Shown: piece by piece, positions 9,843 to 22,515 of the stretch
How positions within the stretch are numbered: position 1 is the first letter of the stretch
Layout: every line of letters starts with the position of its first letter
DNA from: Planctomycetota bacterium
Lineage (GTDB): Bacteria; Planctomycetota; B15-G4
Direction of reading: 5' to 3'
NCBI GenBank assembly: GCA_965248575.1
Contig: CBDFJQ010000002.1
Coordinates: 736,001-800,000 of the forward strand
Length of the DNA stretch: 64,000 bases
The notes under the pieces: model-generated
The model's input: the letters and a program-made list of their open reading frames with translations, nothing else
Told to the model about the DNA's origin: nothing
The model's database searches: none
Made by a program: the position numbers and the translations under genes

Positions 9843-10175
9843 ATGCCCAAGTCCAGTCCCAAGTCCAGTCCTCAACCGGCTCCGAAGCGCAACAACGACA
9901 TCATGCAGTTCGCGGATCTGGGCATGCGGCTCGCCCTCTCCACGGCAGTGTTCACCTACGCGGGATACCGGCTGGACGGATGGCTTTCCACAGCACCATG
10001 GCTTCTGATCACCTTTTGCTTCGTCGGCGTGACGGGGGGGATGGTGTCGGTTGTGAGCGGGGTCAACCGCTGGCAGGCGCTGGAAAAGGCTGCGGCCCAG
10101 AAGGCGGCAGAGAAGCAGGGCGAGGACAGCAAACCAGCCGACCGGCAGCGGGAGGGCGAGCATGACCGCCCATGA
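9843..10175 (+). CDS. AtpZ/AtpI-family (ATPase gene 1) membrane protein
   Basis: GYRLDGWLSTAPWLLI motif; two TM helices; first gene of the atp operon. Confidence 0.8.
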   Translation: MPKSSPKSSPQPAPKRNNDIMQFADLGMRLALSTAVFTYAGYRLDGWLSTAPWLLITFCFVGVTGGMVSVVSGVNRWQALEKAAAQKAAEKQGEDSKPADRQREGEHDRP

Positions 10176-10560
10176 CCGCACGTTCTACGTGGGCGCGCTG
10201 CTGGCGACCGTGTTGGTGCCTGGCTTGATCCTGCTCGGCGCTCCCTTCGACGAGACTCGCTACGTCATGGGCACCTTGGTGGGCTGGGCGATCGCGCTGT
10301 TCACCATCGTGCCCAGCTACATCCTCATCAGTCGCGCGTTGTCCCAGGAGGACAACAACCGCTTCTACAAGCTCTGGGCAGGCGGGACCATGGGCCGCAT
10401 GGCGGTCGTCCTGGTCTCCGTGGCGCTCTTCGCCAGCTTGGTGGACGACGCGCCGATCAAGACGTTCCTGCTCTCCTTCTTCCTCGGTTACATGCTGCTC
10501 ACAGGCTTGGAACTGACCATGGCTCTTGGCAGCAAAGCTCCAAACGGGAGGCACGCATGA
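10162..10560 (+). CDS. atpI: ATP synthase protein I
   Basis: Four TM helices; directly upstream of atpB. Confidence 0.7.
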   Translation: MTAHDRTFYVGALLATVLVPGLILLGAPFDETRYVMGTLVGWAIALFTIVPSYILISRALSQEDNNRFYKLWAGGTMGRMAVVLVSVALFASLVDDAPIKTFLLSFFLGYMLLTGLELTMALGSKAPNGRHA

Positions 10561-11648
10561 CCCTGTCGGCTCGCGCTCTAGCCACGACTCTGTGCCTGGC
10601 TCTGACCCTGCTTGCGCCGCTGTCTTCCAGCCTGCTGGCACAGGATGGGCATGGCGCCGACAGCTCGGGGCAGGGTGCGAGCCCTGCAGCCGAAGACGAT
10701 CACACCGAGCATCAGGGCCACAGCCGTGCGGGGGATGCTTCCCTGTTCATGGAGCTGTTCAGCCACCTGGAGCCGCACGCAGTGTCTGCCGTCTGGATCG
10801 GTGGCGACAAGGGCTTCGGTCTGGTGGACGCGCACCTGTACGACAGCCATGGCGAGCCAGTCATCGATAGCCATGGCGCCCACGCGGCCTATCACACCCC
10901 GGCCGATCTCACCGAAGCCCTTTCGGCCGAGATGGGTGGGGGCAGTGGCTACCTCATCTACAACATCAACACGGTCATGTGGATGGCAGGGTTGGCGCTG
11001 GTGTTGGTCTTCTTGCCCGTCGCCCGCAGGGCCCGCAGCCGTTCGGGACAGGCCCCCAAGGGGGCGCTCTACGGCTTGATGGAATCCCTCTTCCTGTTCG
11101 TGCGCGACGAGATGGTCTACAGCGTGCTGGGCAAAGAAGGTGGCCGCAGGTTCCTGCCGCTGTTCCTGACACAGTTCTTCTTCATCCTGTTCATGAACCT
11201 GCTGGGCCTGATGCCCTTGGGGGGCTTTGGCGGGACCGCGACGGCGAACCTGGCCGTGACGGGCGGACTGGCCATGACCACGCTGCTTGGGATTCACTTG
11301 GGCGGCATGAAAGAGCACGGTTTGGTGCCCCACTTCAAGAACTTCATTCCCCACGGCCTTCCGTGGTACGTGCTGCCCATCATCGTGCCCGTGGAGGTCC
11401 TGGGCATGGTGGTGAAGCCAGCCGCGCTCACCATTCGACTGTTCGCGAACCTCACGGCCGGGCACCTCATCGTGCTGGGCCTGTTCGGGCTCGTGTACTT
11501 CTTCGACAGTGGAATCATCGCAGTGCCTGTGATGGGCATGGGGATCGCGATCTACTGCCTCGAGCTGTTTGTCTGCTTCGTGCAGGCCTACATCTTCACT
11601 TACCTTTCGATTGTGTTTCTGGGCGCCTCGCTGGCCCCGGACCACTAA
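10557..11648 (+). CDS. atpB: ATP synthase Fo subunit a with signal peptide and His-rich N-terminal domain
   Basis: KPAALTIRLFANLTAGHL and LELFVCFVQAYIFTYL motifs. Confidence 0.95.
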   Translation: MTLSARALATTLCLALTLLAPLSSSLLAQDGHGADSSGQGASPAAEDDHTEHQGHSRAGDASLFMELFSHLEPHAVSAVWIGGDKGFGLVDAHLYDSHGEPVIDSHGAHAAYHTPADLTEALSAEMGGGSGYLIYNINTVMWMAGLALVLVFLPVARRARSRSGQAPKGALYGLMESLFLFVRDEMVYSVLGKEGGRRFLPLFLTQFFFILFMNLLGLMPLGGFGGTATANLAVTGGLAMTTLLGIHLGGMKEHGLVPHFKNFIPHGLPWYVLPIIVPVEVLGMVVKPAALTIRLFANLTAGHLIVLGLFGLVYFFDSGIIAVPVMGMGIAIYCLELFVCFVQAYIFTYLSIVFLGASLAPDH

Positions 11649-11717
11649 GACGTTTCGCTTGTTTTCGGGCGGCGGCGCACTGCGCTGGCGACTCGGCATT
11701 CCAACCGGAGAAAAAAG

Positions 11718-12011
11718 ATGGACTTGGGACTTGGTCTCGTGGGACTGGGAGCCGGCCTGGGCGCCGGAATCGCGCTGCTCGGCGGCGGCGGTGGTATCGG
11801 ACGTCTGGCAGCTGCGGCCATGGAGGGCATTGCCCGCCAGCCGGAAGCTGCTGGTGACATCAAGGGCGGCATGATCATCACCGCGGCGTTCATCGAGGGT
11901 GCAACCCTCTTCGCCGTCGTGGTCTGCTTGCTGCTCGCACTCGGTGCATCGGGTTACCTCGGTGACGCCGGTATCGTGCTCAAGCACGCTGCGGGCATCG
12001 TGGCTGAGTAA
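11718..12011 (+). CDS. atpE: ATP synthase Fo subunit c
   Basis: Gly stripe, IARQPEA loop, AAFIEG carboxylate. Confidence 0.95.
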   Translation: MDLGLGLVGLGAGLGAGIALLGGGGGIGRLAAAAMEGIARQPEAAGDIKGGMIITAAFIEGATLFAVVVCLLLALGASGYLGDAGIVLKHAAGIVAE

Positions 12012-12022
12012 GGCTGCGCGCC

Positions 12023-12065
12023 GCCGCACCTGCCATCGGCCACAGGGGTCGCTGGCAGGTGCGGC
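12023..12065 (+). promoter_or_regulatory. Stem-loop downstream of atpE
   Basis: Perfect 13-bp inverted repeat GCCGCACCTGCCA / TGGCAGGTGCGGC. Confidence 0.55.
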
Positions 12066-12179
12066 AAGACCCGTTTTCGCCGCTTCCGTTGCGGCAGGCA
12101 TCGGGGCAGCGTTCGGTTCCACCGCAGTTGGCGTGTGGGCACGGACGCTGCGGAACAACACCACACTCGGAACATCGTC

Positions 12180-12722
12180 ATGATGGTTGCACCACTCGTC
12201 CTTGCGGCCGGTTTCAACCCGCTGTCCTTCGATCCGGCAGCGTTCGTGCTCACACTGATCACGTTCGGCGCCCTGCTGTTCATCCTCACGAAGTTTGCGT
12301 GGGGGCCGATCCTGCAGTCCATCGAGGCTCGCGAGAAGCGCATCGACGATGCCATCAGCACGGCGGAGAAGGATCGCGAGACGGCCGAGCACGTGCTGGC
12401 TGAGTACCGCGAGCAGGTCAAGAACGTTGAAACCGAAGTGGCGGCGCTCAAGGAGCGCGGTCGTCAGGAGGCTGACGCCTTGGCCAAGGACATCAAGGCT
12501 CGCGCCGATGCCGACGCCGAGGCCCGGGTCGAGCGCGCTGTGCGCGAGATCGAACAGGCCCAGACGGCCGCTGTCGAGGAGCTGCGCAAGGAGGCCGTCG
12601 GTCTCGGCATGGCTATCGCCAGCAAGGTGGTGGGGCAGTCACTGGACGGAGACGACCAGCGTCGCCTGGCCTCGGACGTCCTGGATGGCCTGGGCGCTGT
12701 GGGCTCGGCCGGAGACAACTGA
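12180..12722 (+). CDS. atpF: ATP synthase Fo subunit b
   Basis: TM followed by KFAWGPILQSIEAREKRIDDAI and a coiled coil; start at ATG 12180 or 12183. Confidence 0.93.
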   Translation: MMVAPLVLAAGFNPLSFDPAAFVLTLITFGALLFILTKFAWGPILQSIEAREKRIDDAISTAEKDRETAEHVLAEYREQVKNVETEVAALKERGRQEADALAKDIKARADADAEARVERAVREIEQAQTAAVEELRKEAVGLGMAIASKVVGQSLDGDDQRRLASDVLDGLGAVGSAGDN

Positions 12723-12725
12723 TCC

Positions 12726-13292
12726 ATGGCTTCCACCCAACTCATTCTCAACCGTTACGCCACGGCGCTGTACCAATTGGCCCACGAGCATGGCACCACC
12801 GAGCAAGTCGAAGCGGAGTTGGTGGACCTCGAGGCTGTCCTGGCCGAGAACGAAGAGTTGCGGAACCAGTTGGGCAACCCGCGTCTCGGCCGTGGGGCCA
12901 AGCGCTCCATCCTGCTGCAGATCATGGGTGATGGTGTCAGCGACCTGCTGCGCCGCACGGTGCTGCTGCTGATCGACAAGGGGCGCGGCGGCTTTCTGGC
13001 GGACTTCACGGCGGTCTTCAACTCCGTGGCCATGGAGGCCTCGGGTCGGGTCGTGGCGAAGGTCACCTCGGCCAGCACGTTGGACGAGGCGGCACGCTCG
13101 CAGCTTCGCGAACAACTGGGTCGCATCACCGGCAAGTCCGTGAGCCTCTCCGAGGACGTGGACCCCAGCCTGTTGGGCGGCCTGCGCGTGATCATTGGGT
13201 CACGCATGATTGACGGCAGCTTGCGCCGTCGACTCGAACTCATTCAGTCCCGACTGCTCCAGACGCCCATCACGGGCACGCTGGGAAGTTAG
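12726..13292 (+). CDS. atpH: ATP synthase F1 delta
   Basis: RYATALY...[22 protein letters not shown]. Confidence 0.95.
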   Translation: MASTQLILNRYATALYQLAHEHGTTEQVEAELVDLEAVLAENEELRNQLGNPRLGRGAKRSILLQIMGDGVSDLLRRTVLLLIDKGRGGFLADFTAVFNSVAMEASGRVVAKVTSASTLDEAARSQLREQLGRITGKSVSLSEDVDPSLLGGLRVIIGSRMIDGSLRRRLELIQSRLLQTPITGTLGS

Positions 13293-13348
13293 GGAAGACT
13301 CAACACACAACACGCAAACCAGCCGATCCATTATCGGAACCGATTGCC

Positions 13349-14890
<1,542 letters not shown>

Positions 14891-14979
14891 GTGAACGCCG
14901 CCGCCAGCCTGCTCGACATGCATTGAGTGGGGGGGGAAGGCAGTGAACCGAAAGACCGCCGTTCGAAACCGGAGACGAC

Positions 14980-15867
14980 ATGGCCAAGGGCACAAAAGAA
15001 CTCAAGCAGCGGATCACGGGTGTGAAGAACATCCAGCAGATCACGCGCGCCATGGAAATGGTCGCGACGCAGAAGCTCATGCGTCTGCAGAGCCGTGCCG
15101 ATGCGGCGCGCCCCTTCTCCAGCAAGATCCAGGAGATGGTGGGGCGGCTCGCGGGCTCCGTGAGCAGTGACCTTTCGCCCCTGCTCGCAGAGCGGGAGGT
15201 CGACACGGTGGCCAACTTCGTCGTGGCCTCCGACAAGGGCATGTGTGGTGGATACAATGCCAACCTCGTGCGCTACGCCATCGCGACCATGGATGCGGAT
15301 GGGGATGGGGAGGGTGCGGGCCCGAAGCAGTTGGTTCATGCGCTCGGCAGGAAGACCGACATCCTGTTGCGCGCTCGCAAGCGGGTGGTGGACCTCAAGC
15401 ATGAAGACGTGGTCGAGAAGATCGACTACACGCGGGTGCGGACCATCGTGCGCGACCTGGTGGCCGACTACCTGGATGGCAAGATCGACCGCCTGCGCAT
15501 CATCTACACCGCGTTCCTGTCCGCGGGGCGCCAGCGCCCTGCCGCCGTGACCGTGCTGCCCATCGACCCGGCAGAGCTCATCGTGGAAGACGACGACGAC
15601 TCCGCTGACATGGACTTCATCGTCGAGCCCGACAGCGAGCAGCTGCTGAAAGAACTCTTGCCCAAGTTTCTCGAGATCAAGGTCTACTCGGCCATTCTCG
15701 AGTCGCTGGCCTCGGAGTTCACCGCACGACGAAACGCCATGAAGCAGGCGACCGACGCAGCAGACGAAATGATCGGCGCCCTCCGGCGCCAGTACAACCG
15801 CGCGCGACAGGAAAGCATTACGAGCGAGTTGCTCGAGGTGTCATCCGGCGCAGAAGCACTCAAGTAG
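14980..15867 (+). CDS. atpG: ATP synthase F1 gamma
   Basis: QITRAMEMVA, SDKGMCGGYN, YNRARQESITSEL. Confidence 0.97.
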   Translation: MAKGTKELKQRITGVKNIQQITRAMEMVATQKLMRLQSRADAARPFSSKIQEMVGRLAGSVSSDLSPLLAEREVDTVANFVVASDKGMCGGYNANLVRYAIATMDADGDGEGAGPKQLVHALGRKTDILLRARKRVVDLKHEDVVEKIDYTRVRTIVRDLVADYLDGKIDRLRIIYTAFLSAGRQRPAAVTVLPIDPAELIVEDDDDSADMDFIVEPDSEQLLKELLPKFLEIKVYSAILESLASEFTARRNAMKQATDAADEMIGALRRQYNRARQESITSELLEVSSGAEALK

Positions 15868-15873
15868 ACGTAA

Positions 15874-17292
<1,419 letters not shown>

Positions 17293-17296
17293 TCCT

Positions 17297-17752
17297 ATGA
17301 CTGCCTCCCTGCTGAATGACATGCCTGAGCTGCTGACATCGGTGAAAGCCGGTCAGGCGCTCTACGTGGAGATGCGCACGCCTGAGGGGCCCATCTACTC
17401 GGGTGGCGCGTCTTCGGTCCTGGTGCCTGGCAGTACGGGCGCCATGGGGGTGCTGCCTCGGCACGCACCGCTGCTCTCTTCGCTGGAGGTGGGCTACACG
17501 CGGGTCCGGGATCCCTTGGGCAAGGAATGGACCTTCGTGACCGGTCTCGGCTTCGTCGAGATCCAGAACAACGAAGTGCTGATCCTTGTGGACTTCGCCG
17601 ACGATGTGACCGACATTGACGTGCCGCGGGCCGAGCTGGCCCGCGATCGTGCTCGGGCGCGCCTGCGGGTTCCCAGTGAGGAAGTTGACGCAGCACGTGC
17701 TCAGGCAGCCATGGATCGCGCTGCCACACGTTTGCGTTTCGCCACTCGCTGA
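17297..17752 (+). CDS. atpC: ATP synthase F1 epsilon
   Basis: TPEG...GAMGVLPRHAPL; C-terminal helical hairpin. Confidence 0.93.
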   Translation: MTASLLNDMPELLTSVKAGQALYVEMRTPEGPIYSGGASSVLVPGSTGAMGVLPRHAPLLSSLEVGYTRVRDPLGKEWTFVTGLGFVEIQNNEVLILVDFADDVTDIDVPRAELARDRARARLRVPSEEVDAARAQAAMDRAATRLRFATR

Positions 17753-17763
17753 GTCCCTGAATC

Positions 17764-19356
17764 TTGTCGACCGCCTCCCCGAGTGGATCGGACCGGGCCC
17801 CTCTGGCCTGGGCGGTGGCGGTTGCTCTGGGCTTGCTGGCCGTCGGTCTCAGTGCGTTCCACCCGCAGCTGGGCGACAAGTTCTGGTGCGACGACTCGTT
17901 CATCACCTTCCGGCATGTGCGCCATCTCTTTGAGGGGCACGGCCTGGTGTTCAACCCAGGCGAAGTGGTTGAGGGCTACACCAACTTCCTGTGGGGCATG
18001 GTGGCTCTCGTCGGTCTGCACGTGGGTTTCGAACCGATCCAGACCACCTCAGCCGTGGCCTGGCTCGCTCAGTTCCTCACGGTCTGTCTGGTCTACAGCA
18101 CCGGCCGACGGCTAGGCGCTGGCTCTTGGGCTGCGCTCCTGGCACCGGCCTTGCTGGTCCTCAACGTCGGTTTCCTGACGTACCCGACCACGGGTATGGA
18201 GACCACCTTCCATGTCTTCCTGACCACGGCCGCTGTGAGGCTGATGGTGAGCGAGAAGCAGCGCAGCTCCCGCTGGCCGTTGCAACTCGGGCTGCTGTGG
18301 GCGCTGCTGGGATTGAACCGTTTCGACGGCTTCGTGGTGGTCTTCATCCTGCTGGGATGGCAGGTGTTTTTCCGTCGGGAGTTCAAGAAGACCGTGCAAG
18401 CGGCGCTGGTCTTCGTGCTCATCCTGGGCGTCTACAACGCATGGCGCTACGGCTACTACGGCCTTCCGCTGCCGAACACCGCCTACGCCAAGACGAGCTT
18501 CCACTGGGCTCGCGCCTGGGAGGGCGCCCGCTATATTGGAGAGTTCTCCTTGGGCTTTTGCGGCGCCCTGTTGTTGGCGCTGGCTGCCCTTCCTCGACTG
18601 GGGAAGGCTGGCGGGCGTGGGGTTGGGCTCTGCCTCTGGCTCTTCCTGGGGCAGGCGGGCTACACGATCCTGGTGGGGGGCGACTGGATGCCCTACCACC
18701 GCTTCCTGCTGCCAGCCGTCCCCGCGCTGTGCTTGGCCGCTCAGCACGGGCTGTTGAGCTGGTTGGCCCCCGCTCAGCTGCGAGCCCCTGGAGCCGAGCC
18801 GATCGCCCGCGTCGCATGGCCCACTTCACGGGTGCTGGCGACCTGCCTCGTCGGCCTGCTGGCCCTGGCTGGGAGCACCCCGGCCCTGATCGAGGGCTTC
18901 GAGACGGGGTTTGATGGGCCCGGAAAGCACTTCGACGAGCTGGAAGGCAAGCTCATCGGGGAGAACCTGCACACGGTGATCCCCGAGGAGAAGTTGGTGG
19001 CCATCGAGTGGGCGGGAATCGTGCCCTACTACGCCAAGCACAACTTCCTCGACACCTTCGGCCTGACCGATCGGGCCTTCGTGCAGGACGAGAGTCTGGC
19101 GCGCACAAAGTGGGGCGTCTGGGTGAAACCCATCGATATCGCGCGCCGCCGGCCGGACGCCATCATCTTCTGTGTGCGTGTGTTCCCCACGAAGCTGCAT
19201 GCCCAACAGGCCGTCAAGCCTGGCGGCCCCTGCCACTACGGGCGCTACATGGGGATGGTCGAGCCGGACTACCCCTATCGCTTCGAGTTTCCCGAGCTCG
19301 CGCCGGGCAAATTCTGGCCGGTGCTCATGAAGGTGGAGCGCTTGCCTCCGCGCTGA
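17764..19356 (+). CDS. Polytopic GT-C membrane glycosyltransferase, AftB-like
   Basis: DDSFITFRHVRHLFEGHGLVFNPGEVVEGYT loop after TM1; GMET, RFDG, PLPNTAYAK and GGDWMPYHRF motifs; many TM segments. Confidence 0.72.
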   Translation: MSTASPSGSDRAPLAWAVAVALGLLAVGLSAFHPQLGDKFWCDDSFITFRHVRHLFEGHGLVFNPGEVVEGYTNFLWGMVALVGLHVGFEPIQTTSAVAWLAQFLTVCLVYSTGRRLGAGSWAALLAPALLVLNVGFLTYPTTGMETTFHVFLTTAAVRLMVSEKQRSSRWPLQLGLLWALLGLNRFDGFVVVFILLGWQVFFRREFKKTVQAALVFVLILGVYNAWRYGYYGLPLPNTAYAKTSFHWARAWEGARYIGEFSLGFCGALLLALAALPRLGKAGGRGVGLCLWLFLGQAGYTILVGGDWMPYHRFLLPAVPALCLAAQHGLLSWLAPAQLRAPGAEPIARVAWPTSRVLATCLVGLLALAGSTPALIEGFETGFDGPGKHFDELEGKLIGENLHTVIPEEKLVAIEWAGIVPYYAKHNFLDTFGLTDRAFVQDESLARTKWGVWVKPIDIARRRPDAIIFCVRVFPTKLHAQQAVKPGGPCHYGRYMGMVEPDYPYRFEFPELAPGKFWPVLMKVERLPPR

Positions 19357-19365
19357 GACTGGGCC

Positions 19366-19468
19366 GGCGGGATCTGTTTTCGTTCATCAGATCTGCTGTT
19401 CAGACAACGAGGCATACAGATGCCTCGAAAACTCGCCTCAGATCTGATGAACGAAGACAGATCTCGCC
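19366..19468. repeat. Long nested inverted repeat between convergent genes
   Basis: 25-bp arms 19371-19395 and 19439-19463 (1 mismatch) around an inner hairpin CGAGGCAT-acag-ATGCCTCG. Confidence 0.85.
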
Positions 19469-19503
19469 TCCTCGGTGGTGAGGCGGCGCAGGGGCGATTG
19501 GGG

Positions 19504-22500
19504 TTAGTACTCCAGCACCGCGGTGTCGTCGGCTGGTTGGGCTTGGAAGAGTTGGAGGTCGGAGAGGAGTACGGGGTCGCCGTCTTCGCTGAGTGGGTCC
19601 AGCAGCACCACGAAAGTGAACTCTTGGGCGATGGCCTGGGCTGGGAGGGGGAACTCCATGGGGGCGCCCTGCTGGAAGCTGGCGACCTCTTGTCCCTCGA
19701 TCAGTAGGCGGCCGGATGTCGGGGCGCTGCTGCTGGGGTGTCGACCGGAGGCCTCGCTGACGGTCCGCATGCGCAGGGTCGTCGTGCTGTTGGCGGGGAC
19801 GCTGAAGGTCGCCTCTGTGCGCGTTGTCAGCGCTGGGCGGGGCGACGGAAGTGGCAGGGTGGCAGCGACGCGCATGCGCGCAGGGATGGCCCGCAGTGGG
19901 CGGGTGACTCCAGGGCTGAGCGGCTCATCGAATGTCAGCTGAATGTTGAAGCTTCCCTCGGGGAGTTCCTCCAGCTGGAACAAGCTGTTGGTGGCGCTCC
20001 ACCCAGGGGACCCGACGGACGCCTTGACGGTGGGGGCGGACTTGCAACTCAGGTCGAGTCTGGCACCTGACCTATAGGCCCGACCTTCCAGCAGCAGTTT
20101 GCCGTCGGGGTCGATGCGGGCTGACTCCAGCAGAAGGCCTTGCTCGGATGAGAGTGCGACACCGCCCCAATCGAAGGCGACTCGCCCGAAGGGCCAGTGC
20201 TGGGGCCAATAGGGCACCACGTGGACAGGGTTGGAGAGGGCCTCGAGGTGACCTGACGGATTGCGCAACTCCAGGCGCGCAAAACCGGCGAGCTGCGTCC
20301 CGAAAGAGAACTCGTGCTCCAGCTCACCGCTGGGTCCGATGGGCATCTCCGCCACGACGCGGCTCGGTTCCCAGGGAGTGAGGCCTCCCACCTGCCGGAC
20401 GAACCGTCCCGCGATGAGTCGCAGAGTGGAGCCGGGGACGGCGCTGCTGATGCGCGCCATGAGCTGGACACTGCTTTGATCGGTGACCAGCAACTTGCCC
20501 ATGCCCTGACCGCTCACGGTCTCGAGCGACAGCACGGCGCCGCTGCGCCACTCCGAGGCCGAGGCCCGACCGCTGCGAAGGCTGCGCAGCAATTCGTGGG
20601 CTGGGTCGTTGAGCTCGTTGCCCTCGTCGCCGGCGGAGTCCGTGGTGAGGATGTGCGTCAGCCATCGATTGAAGGAACGCTCACTGGGCTGGGCCCAACG
20701 GCCGTTCAGGTCCGGTGCGCCGTTTGCCGTGAGCAGCAGTCCTCGGGCAGTGGTGCGGTCCCAACGGACGAGCAACGGGAACAGCTCGTCCTCGTCGCCA
20801 TCAGGCTGCGGGTAGGAAAGCGCCTCACGCGCCTGGCGCTCGGCTTCGGTTGCGTAGAAGGGTGCCGACTTCCAACGCGTGCCGACTTCGAAAAGGTCGG
20901 CGCCCAAGCCGTCGCCGTCGAGCAGCGCGTTGTAGTGGTCGGCGTATTGCATGTGGTGGGCACCCACGGCGCCGCCCAAGCGCTGGATGTCCTCCACCAT
21001 GGCCCGGCGCTCCGAGGCGGTCAGGGCATGGTCGGACTCGGGGAGTTCGGCCGACACATCGACGGGCGCCAGGAAGGTGAGATGCGGGACCAATTGGCCG
21101 AAGTGGTCTTGGTCGCGCCAAGCGCTCTGCTCCATGCCTACATGACTCTGCAAGTCGGGCAAGGCTGCGAAGCTGGATTGCTGTGCGCGGATGGACTGCT
21201 CGGGGCTGGGGACCTCCAGCCGTACCTCGTCGAAGAGAGCCAATGCCTTGCTGTTCGGCTGGCAGAGCACCCCGACGGCGACGGAGAGCAGGCCATCTGT
21301 GTGATCCGCACCAAACAGGCGTGCAACATCTGCGGCGAGATCGATGCGCTGGTCCGACCACTCATCCCCTGCACTGCTCAGCACGATCTCCTGCGCAGGG
21401 TCGAAACCTCGCGGGGGGCGCCTGCTCAGGTATCGAATGCGTTTCTGGGAGGCGAGCCGAACATCCACGAAGGCGATGGACTCCGCTCGGGGTTCCCAGG
21501 AGAAGAGCAGGGTCGGTCGGGCGGGGAGGGCGACGTACAGCTGGCCTGCACGCTCACCCTTCTCGATGCTGCTCCACGCGCTCCCGCCCTCGGGGCCTGC
21601 TTCAACCTCGAGTCCCCAGCAGCCGACGCCTGCCCGGGCCGTTGCATGTTGCGACCCCACCCGTCCTGCACGGAGGACGGTGACGCCTGTGCTCTGGGTC
21701 TGCCAAAGGGCGCGTGTCCGATCCTCGGACTCGAAGTCACCGCCCAGGATCCGGCGTGGCGTCCCCAAGTTGTGGTCGGTCCACCACACGGTGCGCACGA
21801 AGGCTTGCATGCCTTCGACGACGCGACCGAGTTCGAAGAGGTTGGTGCTGAAGCTGGAGTGGGTGTGCAAGGCAGCGCGTGTGGCAGCTTGTCCAAAGTG
21901 CCGCTGCGTGACGGGGGCTCGGCTGCTCAAATCATGACTGCTCACCGTGACCACCCCACCGTTCGCTGCAGGGAGCGCTCGCGCTCCTTGGCTGAGGTCA
22001 CCGAGTGTCCACTGGGCGACGGCTCCCTCGATGTCCAGGGTGAGACGAGCTCCGGGAAGAACGGTCACCTCGAAGCAGAGCCCATCCGCGTCACCCTGGG
22101 TCTGCGTGTCGAGCAGGAAACCTCGCGCCGGGACTAGCGCCCGTTCTGGATCCGTGGGTGGTGCTCCAGGGATGCCTGCAGGCAAGGACCACTGAGGGCG
22201 CGCCATCGTTCGGCCCGGAACAATTCGATCACCCAGCTCGAAGTCTTCAAGCCAGGTAAAGGCGCACTCGAAGCGCTCGCCTTCTGGGATCACTTCGAGG
22301 CTTCCCCGCCAACGACGGCTCTCTGCGTCGCCGCCCCAGAAGACCGTCAGCTGGTAGCGTCGCGCGCCCGTCAGCTGCGACGCGGAGGCCGGGTTGCCGG
22401 CTCCCGATGGGAGCTGATTCGCAAAGCAAGCAGGGCAGGCCAGGAAGAGCAGCAGGACGCCGAGACGCGCAGCTTCCAGGGCCTGCCTCCGGCGCGAGGC

Positions 22501-22515
22501 GCGCTGCGGACTCAG
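19504..22515 (-). CDS. Large secreted PHP-like (CehA/McbA-type) metallohydrolase, probable CTG start
   Basis: ALHTHSSFS and WWTDHN PHP motifs; the frame stays open 74 codons upstream of the called GTG (22293) and encodes a signal peptide; CTG at 22515 overlaps the upstream TGA. Confidence 0.65.
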   Translation of the reverse strand: MSPQRASRRRQALEAARLGVLLLFLACPACFANQLPSGAGNPASASQLTGARRYQLTVFWGGDAESRRWRGSLEVIPEGERFECAFTWLEDFELGDRIVPGRTMARPQWSLPAGIPGAPPTDPERALVPARGFLLDTQTQGDADGLCFEVTVLPGARLTLDIEGAVAQWTLGDLSQGARALPAANGGVVTVSSHDLSSRAPVTQRHFGQAATRAALHTHSSFSTNLFELGRVVEGMQAFVRTVWWTDHNLGTPRRILGGDFESEDRTRALWQTQSTGVTVLRAGRVGSQHATARAGVGCWGLEVEAGPEGGSAWSSIEKGERAGQLYVALPARPTLLFSWEPRAESIAFVDVRLASQKRIRYLSRRPPRGFDPAQEIVLSSAGDEWSDQRIDLAADVARLFGADHTDGLLSVAVGVLCQPNSKALALFDEVRLEVPSPEQSIRAQQSSFAALPDLQSHVGMEQSAWRDQDHFGQLVPHLTFLAPVDVSAELPESDHALTASERRAMVEDIQRLGGAVGAHHMQYADHYNALLDGDGLGADLFEVGTRWKSAPFYATEAERQAREALSYPQPDGDEDELFPLLVRWDRTTARGLLLTANGAPDLNGRWAQPSERSFNRWLTHILTTDSAGDEGNELNDPAHELLRSLRSGRASASEWRSGAVLSLETVSGQGMGKLLVTDQSSVQLMARISSAVPGSTLRLIAGRFVRQVGGLTPWEPSRVVAEMPIGPSGELEHEFSFGTQLAGFARLELRNPSGHLEALSNPVHVVPYWPQHWPFGRVAFDWGGVALSSEQGLLLESARIDPDGKLLLEGRAYRSGARLDLSCKSAPTVKASVGSPGWSATNSLFQLEELPEGSFNIQLTFDEPLSPGVTRPLRAIPARMRVAATLPLPSPRPALTTRTEATFSVPANSTTTLRMRTVSEASGRHPSSSAPTSGRLLIEGQEVASFQQGAPMEFPLPAQAIAQEFTFVVLLDPLSEDGDPVLLSDLQLFQAQPADDTAVLEY

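Noticed and set aside
11718..12011. Na+-coupled or N-type ATPase
   Set aside because: The c subunit lacks the Gln and the E-S/T Na+ ligands (it has IEG); gene order is standard F-type with delta present
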